From Stramenopiles sp. TOSAG23-3 (Eukaryota), in contig LT642182.1 of NCBI GenBank assembly GCA_900128585.1, forward strand, positions 1 to 40,503: a DNA stretch of 40,503 nt. The letters are read 5' to 3'. The notes beneath the pieces were generated by a model, which worked only from the letters and a program-made list of their open reading frames with translations, was not told the origin of the DNA and searched no databases. This document shows positions 1 through 10,460 of the stretch, in pieces. Position 1 is the stretch's first letter; each line of letters starts with the position of its first letter. The translations under genes and the position numbers were made by a program.

Positions 1-900
1 GAAAATAAAAATAAACAACCGGAAGAAGCAACAACAACAACGCATTCAATAAATTAAAAATAAAAGCACCACGGCAGTATAATAACACAGTGTTAAAATG
101 CTGCTAGCTATCTATATTTATTAAAAAAAAAACGGTTGAGTCTGCGACTAAATACAATATGAAATTTAAGTTCGTACTTGGTATTGTAGTCTTTCTTTCT
201 TTCTCTATTAAATTTAAAACCAAACGTCTTTTCCTTGTCTTAAAATGATGACAATAAAAGTATAATAGGACTAATAATGTACAATTGTACAACATTAGTC
301 CAATTAGCTTTATAATGGGCGACTTTGATGTATTTAAATTGTTGTAGAACTGACTAAAAAATAAAAAAATAAAATAAAACAATAATAATAATACAGTACC
401 GGTATAATACTGTAAATGGACGAAAAAAAGAAGGATCGATTACGAAATCAAAGAAAGAGAAGTTTCATATGATGGATACAGTACGTACAGTACACGAGGG
501 AGGACCACAAGACAAGTATAATTCCAATAATAATATAATCAGTAATACACAGCACCACAACAACAAAAAATAACAAAAAAGCAGAGAGAAGAAGGAGGGA
601 GATTATCATCATCTTTGTTAAATTCTTTTGATTTTTGAAATCACATCCTCGTAATATATCCCTCTGCTGCTACTGCCATAATAATACTACTACATATAAC
701 AACAAACAAACAACAACAACAAAATAATAATAAAATAATAATAAAAAAAAAAAGAAGCAACAAGTATGATAACAGTACGTTAGTAGGTAGAAGAAGAAGA
801 AAAAAATATTATTAATAATAATAATTTATCATCAGAAACTCTATTAGATCGAAGAAGTTTTAACAAAATGCGAAGAGAAGAGGATTTGGAGCAGAAGAAA
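1..900. repeat. AT-rich low-complexity intergenic DNA with (AAC)n, (AAT)n, (AAG)n and poly-A tracts
   Basis: For example caacaacaacaacaa near 29-41 and aataataataaaaataataat near 722-742. Similar tracts occur at 5330-5720, 20360-20490 and 24290-24790. Confidence 0.75.
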
Positions 901-1019
901 GAAAGTTAACGATGCGATTCGGATCCATTATAAAATCATCGAACGAAACCATCTGATTTTTAGAGTTTTGAGACTACGTATTATTGGAGCAAAGTCTGGC
1001 CTAGAACGCAGCATTAACA

Positions 1020-2282
1020 ATGGCCGCTGTTGGAGCACGCGATATTTGGAGCATACTGACGGAAGAGGACGTGGACGCGAAACGAAAGGGGGGGAACGAA
1101 GAAAATAGTGCAGCGAACGAGACTAATACCGGCAGCTCGGGCGCTGCGATGAAGTCGTCCACGGCAAAAGAGACGTACGTGCTTTTCCTGGGGGACAAGC
1201 AGAGCGGAAAGTCCACTGCGGTGAACATGTTTCTTAACCCGACAAAGGACGAGAAGCCGAAGCCCACGGTCGCGTTGGAGTATACCTACGGCCGGAAAAG
1301 TAGTAGTAATAGCTCGGCGAAGGACATTGCGCACATATGGGAGCTTGGCGGGGGCGGAAAGCTGTCCGAGCTTATCAAGGTCCCACTATCTTTGGAAAGA
1401 ATCCAAAACTTCCATGCGATCCTCTGCGTCAACCTAGAAAAGCCGAACAAAGCCCTGGACAGCCTGCAAACTTGGATAGGTTTGATCAGGGGCAGGGTCT
1501 CTGAGTGCATGGAAGGGTTACGCCGCACCCGAAAGGGGAGTAAAGTCGAGGCAAAACTAACGAAGAAACGGAATTCAATATATGCGAAACATGCCCATGT
1601 ACGGCAGATCGATATTTGCCCAATCCCGATTACGATCGTTTGCACAAAGTACGACAAGTTTGCCGACCAAGACCCGGTAAAGCGAAAGGTGCTGTTAAAT
1701 GCGTTGCGTTACGTAGCATTTTCAAACGGGGCGGCTATCTACTGTGTCAGTCGCTCCGACAAAACGCTTCAACAGTATTTTCGAGGGGCTATGAATTCCT
1801 ACTGTTTTGGAAGCGCGCCCCGGAAGGGAAACCAGCTAGATTCATCCAAACCAGTCATTATTAATTTCGGGGTCGATAGTAGCAAACATTTTGGCATTCC
1901 TGCCGGCGCTAGTAGCCAAGATTTTGAAGAGGGAAGTGTCAGTTCAGCCGGCCGGCTGAGGTTCAAGAAATGGAAAGCAGCGGTCGAAGACGATAGTATC
2001 TACCCCCAGAACACGCTGGAAGATGACATGGACGCGGTCGTTTCTGAATTTGATAGCCAGTCTTTCCAAGAAGAGAAGGTGGACGCCGCCAGGGCTGAGA
2101 AAGACCGTGAACTGGCGCAGTACAAGCACGAGGCCGAGAGAAAACAGCGCATTGCCAATGAGATGGGCCGCAAAGCATCGACATCGAAGAAGTCTAGTAG
2201 GCGCAATAAAAAATCCTCAAGCAGCAATGCTGGCAGTGGTGAAGCATCTGCTACCCAGCCAAAAGTATCGCGAAAGAAGTAA
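1020..2282 (+). CDS. DYNC2LI1: Cytoplasmic dynein 2 light intermediate chain (D2LIC/D1bLIC), retrograde intraflagellar transport
   Basis: 420-aa ORF. P-loop GDKQSGKST followed by PKPTVALEYTYGR and KDIAHIWELGGG, and later TKYDKF and LRYVAFSNGA, matching the motif order I recall for DYNC2LI1. C-terminal EEKVDAARAEKDREL helix. Confidence 0.9.
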   Translation: MAAVGARDIWSILTEEDVDAKRKGGNEENSAANETNTGSSGAAMKSSTAKETYVLFLGDKQSGKSTAVNMFLNPTKDEKPKPTVALEYTYGRKSSSNSSAKDIAHIWELGGGGKLSELIKVPLSLERIQNFHAILCVNLEKPNKALDSLQTWIGLIRGRVSECMEGLRRTRKGSKVEAKLTKKRNSIYAKHAHVRQIDICPIPITIVCTKYDKFADQDPVKRKVLLNALRYVAFSNGAAIYCVSRSDKTLQQYFRGAMNSYCFGSAPRKGNQLDSSKPVIINFGVDSSKHFGIPAGASSQDFEEGSVSSAGRLRFKKWKAAVEDDSIYPQNTLEDDMDAVVSEFDSQSFQEEKVDAARAEKDRELAQYKHEAERKQRIANEMGRKASTSKKSSRRNKKSSSSNAGSGEASATQPKVSRKK

Positions 2283-2554
2283 ATTTAGTTTGATCCCTCT
2301 CGTAAAATAGAAGAACTTGTATACACCAGTAAAAAATATCTTTTATTCTCTTGGCACTCGGCGCGTCGGTATATTTTTTATCATTTTACAGTCAGTTCGT
2401 ACTCTTATTTCTCTTATACCATATGATACCTGAATGGAACTTCTGGTAACGTAATTTATCATATCATATTGTTATCTTATCATAACAAGAAAATTTTCAT
2501 AATTATATAATAATATAATAATCATTTTACGATATCAGAAGTCGATTTACAAAA

Positions 2555-3685
2555 TCAGTCCTTCGCTTCATTGCGCTGAAACACGAAGTATCCCCCAACA
2601 CATACCACGAGGGCAAATAAGTCGCTTAAATAAAACGAGTCCGCAAAACCGCCGACAAGAAATGGCATGCAAAAAACAAACTGCTGTATTGGAATAGTCA
2701 CAGCACTCGCCACGGCCATTGCCGGCGCGCCAAAATTACTAATTATATAGAGGCCCAAAAAGTAACACCAAAAATCAACGCAGCAGTAGCTTAGGAAAAG
2801 GGCCGTGTTTTTCCAATCGCACGAATCCCCTTGGCCCAGCGTGCACCGGACCCCATCCAGCATGACACCTGGAATCTCCGTAATGTCAAGGCCGCCGAAA
2901 ATTGACAACGTCTGCGAGGGCAGAAAGAAAATGTACAGAAAGAATTGGACGTACATTGTCCAACAAAACATTTTCATCGGGTGCAGTGCTTTGTAGCGCG
3001 AAAAGATGTAGTCCTCATACACCCGTTCAGTACCGAGGAACAATTGCGCCACGATAAAAAAAAGGGTAGAGTACCAATACACCGGATGCGCACCACCCCC
3101 ACTAGAATGTTCATTAGGGTTCAAAACATCCCGTAACCCCGACAATACACAGCCCAGGAGTATCAAGAAAGCCCCAGCCAAAGATTTTGAAGTGGGCGTT
3201 CTTCGAAGGAAAAAATAACTCAATACCAAGACCACTGGTAGGCTCAAAAGCGGTAGCAGCGATTGCGAAAGTCCAGCGGTGTTGGGCATCCCAACAGCCT
3301 GAAAAAAGTTAGCCGTCCCATTCAGAGCACCTATTGCAACTAAATAATACCATGGGCTATGCGACTTCCCATCGTTTTCCGCAACAACAGCAGCCGTGGT
3401 TTGAAGTGGTGGGGTAGCGTTGTCTTCCGCAACCCGCGCTTTTCGCTGTAGGTAAATTACACCAATGGTGGACCAAATGCAATATACAAGCGCTGTCGAC
3501 TGATTCAAGTACTGGGCGTAAATTTTTGGATAAACGTCAAAGAGAATGTACCCCAAGATCCCATCCGTAGCCAGGAAGCATACGTATAAAAATACGATAA
3601 AGTAAAACCAACGTTCTCTCCGCCCTGAACCTGTTGTATCAGTACCCTGGCCCTGATTAGTTGGCAACAGTGGAGGAAACTCCAT
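2555..3685 (-). CDS. CRT-like (chloroquine-resistance-transporter-like, DMT superfamily) membrane transporter
   Basis: 376 aa with about 10 hydrophobic segments. YAQYLNQ, GALNGTANFFQAVGMPNTAGLSQSLL, LSYFFLRR and the Cys-containing loop GVRCTLGQGDSCD resemble CRT/CLT family proteins. Confidence 0.68.
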   Translation of the reverse strand: MEFPPLLPTNQGQGTDTTGSGRRERWFYFIVFLYVCFLATDGILGYILFDVYPKIYAQYLNQSTALVYCIWSTIGVIYLQRKARVAEDNATPPLQTTAAVVAENDGKSHSPWYYLVAIGALNGTANFFQAVGMPNTAGLSQSLLPLLSLPVVLVLSYFFLRRTPTSKSLAGAFLILLGCVLSGLRDVLNPNEHSSGGGAHPVYWYSTLFFIVAQLFLGTERVYEDYIFSRYKALHPMKMFCWTMYVQFFLYIFFLPSQTLSIFGGLDITEIPGVMLDGVRCTLGQGDSCDWKNTALFLSYCCVDFWCYFLGLYIISNFGAPAMAVASAVTIPIQQFVFCMPFLVGGFADSFYLSDLFALVVCVGGYFVFQRNEAKD

Positions 3686-4192
3686 AGCTGACGTACACGA
3701 GTTCGATTCTTTTTTCTTCGATGGTTTCTTTAAACTGAAACGATTTCAGAAGTACGCGTAAGATGTTTACTCTACAATTCTTCCGATTCATTCCTTTTCG
3801 GGTAGAATAGTACCTATTTTTCGCTTCGTATCATCCATGCTTGCTTGTTCCTCGCGCAAAATGCGAACGAAATGAAAAATACGATGATAGAGGATGAGGA
3901 TGGGGTCGGGGGTGGTGGGTGTACTATTACCCTTGGTATGAGAAGAAGGAGAGGAGGAGCCCTCCACATTTTATCATTTTTTATTAAATATTATTTAGTC
4001 TTAAGAAGTAACAGTGTCAGAGAAAGTGAAGAAATTGCCTCTCGCCTCTCAGGTACATTAACTTTAAAATACATCATGTTTTAACATTATTTCGTAATTC
4101 GTAATTCCTAAGAATAATATCTTTCTGTTTCCGTGCTCGACTATTCCCTCGCTCTAATTCTCATGTTTTTACGATTTCGTAAAAAAACTTTT

Positions 4193-5110
4193 TTACATGA
4201 AATAATCAGGGACGCGTGCGGAATCCGGCTTGGTCGATTCATCACGCGGTGCAGGGTTGAATGAAATGATGTCCTGTTTGCCCGTTTCGTCGATCTCCAT
4301 TATAGCTGCTTTATTTCCGCATCGGTAGCAATAATTTGGCGCGCTGAATAGAGTTACCACTTGCTGGCCATGGGTTTCTTGAAAGCCCTCCATTACCAAC
4401 TGGTGGGCACGAACAATCTTTTGAAAGTTGTTTATGTGATTGAACTGTTGGGAGCAATCTTCCCCAAACGTATACCCAGCCCCACGCGGGGATATTCCCC
4501 AGCCACATCGATCGTCAGGATCCGACCACACCAAGTCACATAATGGGCCTTCGTGCGGAACTTCTACTTTCCTGTCCAACTGCTGAACATGGTCGATAGT
4601 ATCCAAGGACGGGGATAAGCCACCGTGGGGGCAAAACAACTTGTACGAACTTTCTACACTGGCTGCGATCGGCAAGCAGTCGAACAAATCGGTAAAATAT
4701 TGCCAGACGTTGGCATTGCCGTACGTCCTCATGCACTCATCGTAAAACCCGTACACTTGGGTGATTTGCCTACTTTCGTGGTTTCCACGCAGCATATGGA
4801 TACGATTCTTGTGGCGGACTTTTAGGCACGTCAGCAAAGCGATGCACCGGAGAGAAAAGTAACCACGGTCTACATAGTCACCCAAAAACAAATAATTGGT
4901 TTCGGGCAGGCGTCCACCTATTCGAAACAATTCTAGTAAGTCGTAAAATTGGCCATGGATATCACCCACAATAGTGACGGGGCACTGTATCGAAACGACG
5001 TTTTTCTCCTCTTCCAATATTTCTTTACAAGACTGACAAATGGCCTTCAGTTCCGCCTCGGTCAAATTTTCTCCTTTGTAGAGTTTTTCTAGCTCTTCTG
5101 AGTAGTCCAT
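4193..5110 (-). CDS. PPP2C: Ser/Thr protein phosphatase 2A-type catalytic subunit (PPP family)
   Basis: 305 aa with [57 protein letters not shown] and [12 protein letters not shown]-terminus PDYFM. Confidence 0.92.
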   Translation of the reverse strand: MDYSEELEKLYKGENLTEAELKAICQSCKEILEEEKNVVSIQCPVTIVGDIHGQFYDLLELFRIGGRLPETNYLFLGDYVDRGYFSLRCIALLTCLKVRHKNRIHMLRGNHESRQITQVYGFYDECMRTYGNANVWQYFTDLFDCLPIAASVESSYKLFCPHGGLSPSLDTIDHVQQLDRKVEVPHEGPLCDLVWSDPDDRCGWGISPRGAGYTFGEDCSQQFNHINNFQKIVRAHQLVMEGFQETHGQQVVTLFSAPNYCYRCGNKAAIMEIDETGKQDIISFNPAPRDESTKPDSARVPDYFM

Positions 5111-6413
5111 CCCGCCCTAAATTAAAAAAACCTTTGCGTTCAAATACACTACCAGGTTTCCTGCCAGCCTACTATATTTCCTGATATCAACGCAGGGATA
5201 GACAATCGAAAGGTAATGAAAATATCTCACCAAATATCCCTTTTCATTGGATTAATCATTTACATCCTTTTAGCTTTAGTTAACACATGAGTTGAGAAAC
5301 TTGTACTAGACGACTAGCTGAGTGTAGTAAAAAATTATAATAAAAAATAAATAATAATAAAAGGAGGAGGAGGAAATAATAGCTATACTGCTGTAGTGAT
5401 ATTGATATTTCGGCTAAACCTACGTACCTGGTACCGTATTAGATTTAGGAATAAGTGGCTATAGATAGTACGGTGGATGATGTATTTTGTATTTTGTACT
5501 ATATTTGTATTTGTATTTGATCTGAATCCTATGAAATGTATTTTATATACAGTAGTAGATATTTTTTTATTATATTTATCAATTATTCCTAATTATACGT
5601 TCGTCGTATTTCTTTATTAAAAAAATAGAAAAAAACCAAAATATCTTTAAAAAACAAAAAACAATAATTAATTATCTAAAAAAATTGGTAGAACGACTAT
5701 TAAATTAATTATAATAAAATATCTTCACAAATGTACTACAGTACAGTACCAAGTAGTTCACGAACTCTCGTATTAATTATATTTTAAATCCTCATAAGTA
5801 CGTACACTGGTACTTAAATTATACACTATTGTACCTATCTATTTTCTTATTTTTCTTCTTCTTCTTCTTCAGTGAATTCATTTGAACCACCCAACGCATT
5901 GCTCGACTGACCCAGTAATTAAAAATAATAAAAGTATTAGTCTACATTGTGTGAATGTATAAAATATGTATTAATATGTATGTGTGTGTCATTTCCTTAG
6001 TCTAGTCTCTATATTTTTATACTCTTTTTAGACTTTTTACTTCATCACTCTAACCTCTATCCTCCTCAATAATGTCATCATCATTTATAAAATATCTCAC
6101 GCTGTGGTGATGTGGTATGGTGGGGAATGAATGGGGTGTTGTGATGAAGAATAATATAAAAAAAAAAATAATAATAATAACAACCGACCCGACGAAGAAG
6201 AGAAAGAAGTTTATATAATATAATACTGCTGTAGGAAAGAAAATGAACAACTGTGAAGCTGTCCTTCTACTTTGTAATTGTACGAAATACGTTTAGAATC
6301 CGACAAACATTTCATTCTATACCACATAAATAAAATATCGGAAAGATAACTAACGTACGGGGTTTCGAGCAAAGCTAGACGCGGAGAATACATTAACCCA
6401 CGTGCGTTTTGCG
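5111..6413. promoter_or_regulatory. Divergent intergenic region (PP2A-C / NadD-like), presumably holding both promoters
   Basis: Head-to-head gene orientation only; no specific core promoter motif identified. Confidence 0.4.
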
Positions 6414-8333
6414 ATGGCTGCACAACTGCGAGAAGCAAAAGGATGGTTGGAGGAGGGGCTGATAGACGAGAACGACTACGCGGTAGTGAAGCAGCAGGTT
6501 GTCGAAGCCTTGGCGTCGTCCGTGCGTTCTTATACAGGCAGGGCGCCCAGCGAATTATCTGGGGCGCCAAATGGAGAGGATTTTGCGAATGGGAAACGGC
6601 GTAGTCCTAGAGGAGAGGCATCCCAGGCGTTCGAATTCAGTCCGAACGGTGGCAACGGCGCCCGGCAGTCGCTCCCATTTCGTTCAAAACGACAACGGGT
6701 TGCAATTTTGGGGGGCAGTTTTGACCCGATCACGGATGGCCATTTAAAAATGGCAGCAGAGGTAATACACATGGGCGTTGCCGATGAAGTGTGGATAACA
6801 CCGTGCGGGTCTCGACCAGACAAGCCCTCGCTACGGACTTCGGCGCTCGACCGGTACTTAATGTGCCACTTGGCCGTGAACACTGTGTTTAGTAGCGACT
6901 TCCCGATCAAGGTGTGCGCGTTCGAGCTAGGCAAGGCTCAGGCGTACGCTACCGTGGACTTGCTAGCTCTTTTGGACGTTCGCTTTCCAGAATATCACAT
7001 TATGTTTGTCGTTGGAAGTGATTTGCTAACCAGTATTCCGTCGTGGTCTGGCGGCGACCCCAAAAACCGTGTGCTGGACGGCCGCCCTTGGTATAGAATG
7101 CGCGAGATCATAGTCATATCGCGGCCAGGGCAAAGTATTCCGCACGACTGGGCCCAAGGAGGAAACATCACTATTTTAAATTCCGTCAGCGCCGAAGGGA
7201 AGGTCATTAGTGTTAATATATCTAGTTCGGAGATACGAAGGCGTATGACGAGCACGAAAGGGACAATTGAGAGCGTGTTTTTCGGGAAATCTACGCGTAG
7301 AGTCGAAGGCCTGTTGCCTTTGGCCGTTAGCGAGCACATATCCAAGTACAACTTGTTGGATCAAGTCGCACCTTTTCGGAAGGTGAGGGACAATACAATC
7401 GACGAAATGGCAGCGCAATTCGAGAACGAGACAGTATGCTCGCCGCGAGAGAAAAAGGGAGAAGTGTTGGTCAATAGTCGAAGGTATAATATTACAGTGG
7501 AGACGTCGAACAATTCGTCTGTGCGGCGGAGGATAGCAATTTTTGGTGGCATATTTGACCCTATTACAGACGGGCACTGTAAAATGGCTGCAGAAGTCAT
7601 TCATTCCAACAAAGCAGACGAAGTTTGGATCGTACCATGCGGCCCTCGAGTGGACCGACCGGACCTGAAAACTTCGGCAATCGACAGGTTTATCATGTGC
7701 CATTTGGCGGTGCACACGACTTTCTCCAGCAACATGCCAATCAAGGTTTGCCCAATAGAAGTTTTTGAAAATGAATCGATTACGACACCCGCTTTGCTAA
7801 AACGTTTGAAGGACCAAAACCCGAACAAAGATTTTTCCTTTGTTGCCGGCTCAGACTTGCTTTCTGCAATAAACACCTGGGCAAGACCCGCAGATGACCC
7901 CAATTGGTACGAAACTCAGAGCTTTTTAATAATACCGAGGCCGCTGTATGACATACCGGAATCATGGAGTAGTAGAGAAAATGTTGAAATCGTTTCTAGC
8001 CCTTTGCACGATGGCGAAACCATTGCCACTAATAACAGCAGCACAGAAGTACGTCGCCGAATGGCGTTGCCATCAACCCTAAGTGGTATTCCGGTATCTA
8101 GGTGCTTAGAAGGATTGGTATCCCACGCTGTTATCGTCCATATACGCCGTTATGGATTGTATACGGAAACTCCGCGGGTAATAGCAAAAGAGATCGGGGA
8201 AGTTCTCACGCCAGGGTCAAGTGGGGCGAATTTCTCGTCTCCAAACTTGCATGCAGCTCAGGAAAATGATGTTGTTTCACCACCCGATATGAAACTAGTT
8301 GAATTAGCGGGGACGAAGACGGAGTTGAAATGA
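6414..8333 (+). CDS. nadD: Tandem-domain nicotinate/nicotinamide mononucleotide adenylyltransferase (NadD-like x2) with N-terminal SHOCT-like motif
   Basis: First ATG at 6414 (the track start 6402 is GTG). Two cytidylyltransferase-fold domains, each with GG(S/I)FDPITDGH, W-I-x-PCG-x-R, GSDLL-x-x-I-x-x-W, SS(S/T)E(I/V)RRR and EGL..HI..Y-x-L. Confidence 0.85.
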   Translation: MAAQLREAKGWLEEGLIDENDYAVVKQQVVEALASSVRSYTGRAPSELSGAPNGEDFANGKRRSPRGEASQAFEFSPNGGNGARQSLPFRSKRQRVAILGGSFDPITDGHLKMAAEVIHMGVADEVWITPCGSRPDKPSLRTSALDRYLMCHLAVNTVFSSDFPIKVCAFELGKAQAYATVDLLALLDVRFPEYHIMFVVGSDLLTSIPSWSGGDPKNRVLDGRPWYRMREIIVISRPGQSIPHDWAQGGNITILNSVSAEGKVISVNISSSEIRRRMTSTKGTIESVFFGKSTRRVEGLLPLAVSEHISKYNLLDQVAPFRKVRDNTIDEMAAQFENETVCSPREKKGEVLVNSRRYNITVETSNNSSVRRRIAIFGGIFDPITDGHCKMAAEVIHSNKADEVWIVPCGPRVDRPDLKTSAIDRFIMCHLAVHTTFSSNMPIKVCPIEVFENESITTPALLKRLKDQNPNKDFSFVAGSDLLSAINTWARPADDPNWYETQSFLIIPRPLYDIPESWSSRENVEIVSSPLHDGETIATNNSSTEVRRRMALPSTLSGIPVSRCLEGLVSHAVIVHIRRYGLYTETPRVIAKEIGEVLTPGSSGANFSSPNLHAAQENDVVSPPDMKLVELAGTKTELK

Positions 8334-8439
8334 CGCGCAGCCCCAGCGAGGTATCAGCCGCCTGCCTTTGTGTTAATATTTTATGTACAGCTGGCTCCCT
8401 TTCGCTGAATTTTTGAGAGGAGGCTTTTTGATAAATAGT

Positions 8440-8495
8440 TACCTTACCTGTACCAGGTACCCTGTACGGGTAACCTGTACCCAGGTACCCGTACC
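8440..8495. repeat. GTAC-based palindrome island
   Basis: CCTGTACC/CAGGTACC units; inverted repeat GTACGGGTA 8464-8472 / TACCCGTAC 8486-8494. Confidence 0.75.
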
Positions 8496-8580
8496 ATTAT
8501 TATTACGAGGTGTTACTAAACGAACTATCATATCATATCATACGAATTTGTGTGTACATCAAAAAAAGCATCAAAAATTG

Positions 8581-9014
8581 ATTAATTTTAATTACACACA
8601 CTTATTACTAACAGCCCGGATAATGAAGAATCGGAGTCACAGCATAGTTCTCAATAATTTGAACAAGTCAATTATGGAACACAACCAGACGAGATGGTAC
8701 GAAGTTTTGAAGATTATGATTGGGAACAGGGTCGAGCAGTCGCAAAATTAGATCAGTTCTACAATTGGGATAATCTTGAGAGTCTTAAAACATACTATAT
8801 CATTTGTTTTTTTTTATTAAATAACTAAAACAGCCAATTTTGTTGTTTTAAAATATACATTGAATGAAGGAATGTATATTAATAAACCTCGTTTTTTAAT
8901 AAACCTCGAATGTCTACAACATCTTAGAGTTCAGTTCGCAGTACATTTAATTTTAATTACTTGAATAACAGCCAATTTTCTTGTTTATTAATAACAGCCA
9001 ATTTTCTTGTTTTT
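8581..9014 (+). repeat. Cluster 1 of a TTAATTTTAATTA / TAACAGCCAATTTTCTTG repeat family, including a longer element at 8864-8960
   Basis: TAACAGCC at 8609, AACAGCCAATTTTGTTG at 8829, and TAACAGCCAATTTTCTTGTTT at 8966 and 8992. Segment 8864-8960 aligns with 10521-10593. Confidence 0.8.
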
Positions 9015-9097
9015 ATTATTAATAAAAAAAGGAAGATTTTGTAGTGTACGTATTGCCATATCTCGATATATTTTATTGAGTGAATAATTGTTTTACA

Positions 9098-9192
9098 GTG
9101 TACGGTACAGGTACCTGGTACGGTACCGTACCCGTACCAGGTACCTGGTACAGGATTTATACCGGTACCTGGTAATACTTGGGGTAATACCT
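9098..9192. repeat. GTAC-based nested palindrome island
   Basis: Perfect 16-bp inverted repeat 9108-9123/9132-9147; 18-bp palindrome GTACCAGGTACCTGGTAC 9134-9151; 12-bp palindrome TACGGTACCGTA 9119-9130. Confidence 0.85.
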
Positions 9193-9446
9193 ACTCGATA
9201 TCTATATAAGAGAGTAAGTATTATTAGATGGATAAAAAAAAAAGAACGTTATAATAATAAAATTATAAAAAATATATATAATAATAATAGATAATTGTGT
9301 ATTGAATTCTATTACATACAATGATCTGGTAAAATTATGATTTTAGTCGGTTGAGACGACTGAATTCAAATTTGTCTTAGTTTATTTCTGGTTAGCAAAA
9401 TTTTCCAATCTAAAGAGCAGAGTCACATTAGCCACGTTAACTGAAC

Positions 9447-10430
9447 ATGGAAATGTATGCTCCAACGTGGGAGGACACTTTGGAGAGTTCTGTGCCGGTT
9501 CCGCATACAGTCGAAGAAATCCTCTTGAATCGATCGAGTTACACTCAAGCATGTGTTGAAAGAAATAGGTCTTTGATCGAGGACATGCAAAAACAACTAT
9601 TCGTGCAATACCAAGAGCAGAACAAAACGATGGAAGCGTGGAGAAACGAAGTTGATGGAACCATTTCCCATATAAAAAAGCAAATCTTCGAGGCCGTGTT
9701 TAAAATAGAAAATTTACAAGAATCAATGAAAAAACAAGAGATAGCTTTGAGCTCCGCAAAATCCGAATGCTCATCGGTGAGATCGCAACTTGTCGAAAAA
9801 GACAAACATTTGTCAGATATTGAAATTCGGCAAACAGACCAGGCCCATCGTGTTGAGACAAGAATAAAGACGCTTAATAAACTGGTGGTAGATGCCCTCA
9901 CCGAGGAGCAAAGGGAAAGAAACAATATTGAAAAGAAACTGCTGAGTAAGAACGAACAGGTGGAGAATGTGTTGAAAGCCGTTGAATTGCTTTTAGAGAA
10001 GGTGGAAATTCAACGCAACCATTTTGAAGCTCTGAATGCTCAAGTCACACTTCTAGAAAAGAACAGGTCAGCTGCTGAACAATTGGGCATTTTTGATAGC
10101 TCAAAATCGAAAATATCTAACACTCCTAATAGACTGATAAAAGCACGAGCAAAATCTATGGGCGATTCTTCCTTGGAAATTTCGGAGCTCATGGCAAGTG
10201 CTTCTCGCATTTCACCACGCGGTATAAAGAAGGTTGAGGCGACCGGGAGAGAAAATGCCACTGGGATCGGTGCCGATGCCGCATCTTCAATAACACCGAA
10301 CGCCGTTGAGAACGATGAGGATAATAAACACTCACACAATTCGAAGAAACAACCGGAGAAGAAACGATCAAAAAAACGGATTAGTTTCAAGAAAATCGCA
10401 AACATTTTCAGAAAATCCCAAACAGATTAA
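9447..10430 (+). CDS. Hypothetical coiled-coil protein with basic C-terminal tail
   Basis: 327-aa ATG-started ORF with coding-like composition between AT-rich spacers. E/K/Q/L-rich heptad pattern. C-terminal KKRSKKRISFKK. No family recognised. Confidence 0.7.
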   Translation: MEMYAPTWEDTLESSVPVPHTVEEILLNRSSYTQACVERNRSLIEDMQKQLFVQYQEQNKTMEAWRNEVDGTISHIKKQIFEAVFKIENLQESMKKQEIALSSAKSECSSVRSQLVEKDKHLSDIEIRQTDQAHRVETRIKTLNKLVVDALTEEQRERNNIEKKLLSKNEQVENVLKAVELLLEKVEIQRNHFEALNAQVTLLEKNRSAAEQLGIFDSSKSKISNTPNRLIKARAKSMGDSSLEISELMASASRISPRGIKKVEATGRENATGIGADAASSITPNAVENDEDNKHSHNSKKQPEKKRSKKRISFKKIANIFRKSQTD

Positions 10431-10460
10431 AACAGAATAACAGACGAAAGTAAAAATTTT

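Noticed and set aside
104..382. Hydrophobic small ORFs in spacers (also 6050-6250, 15466-15801, 24263-24799, 33583-33768)
   Set aside because: F/I/L/N/K-rich translations are expected from low-complexity AT-rich DNA; no motifs.
8383..9294. Track ORFs 8383-8751 and 9088-9294 as genes
   Set aside because: Their Y/R/T/V/P-rich translations come from GTAC islands and AT-rich tracts; 9088 has a non-ATG start.
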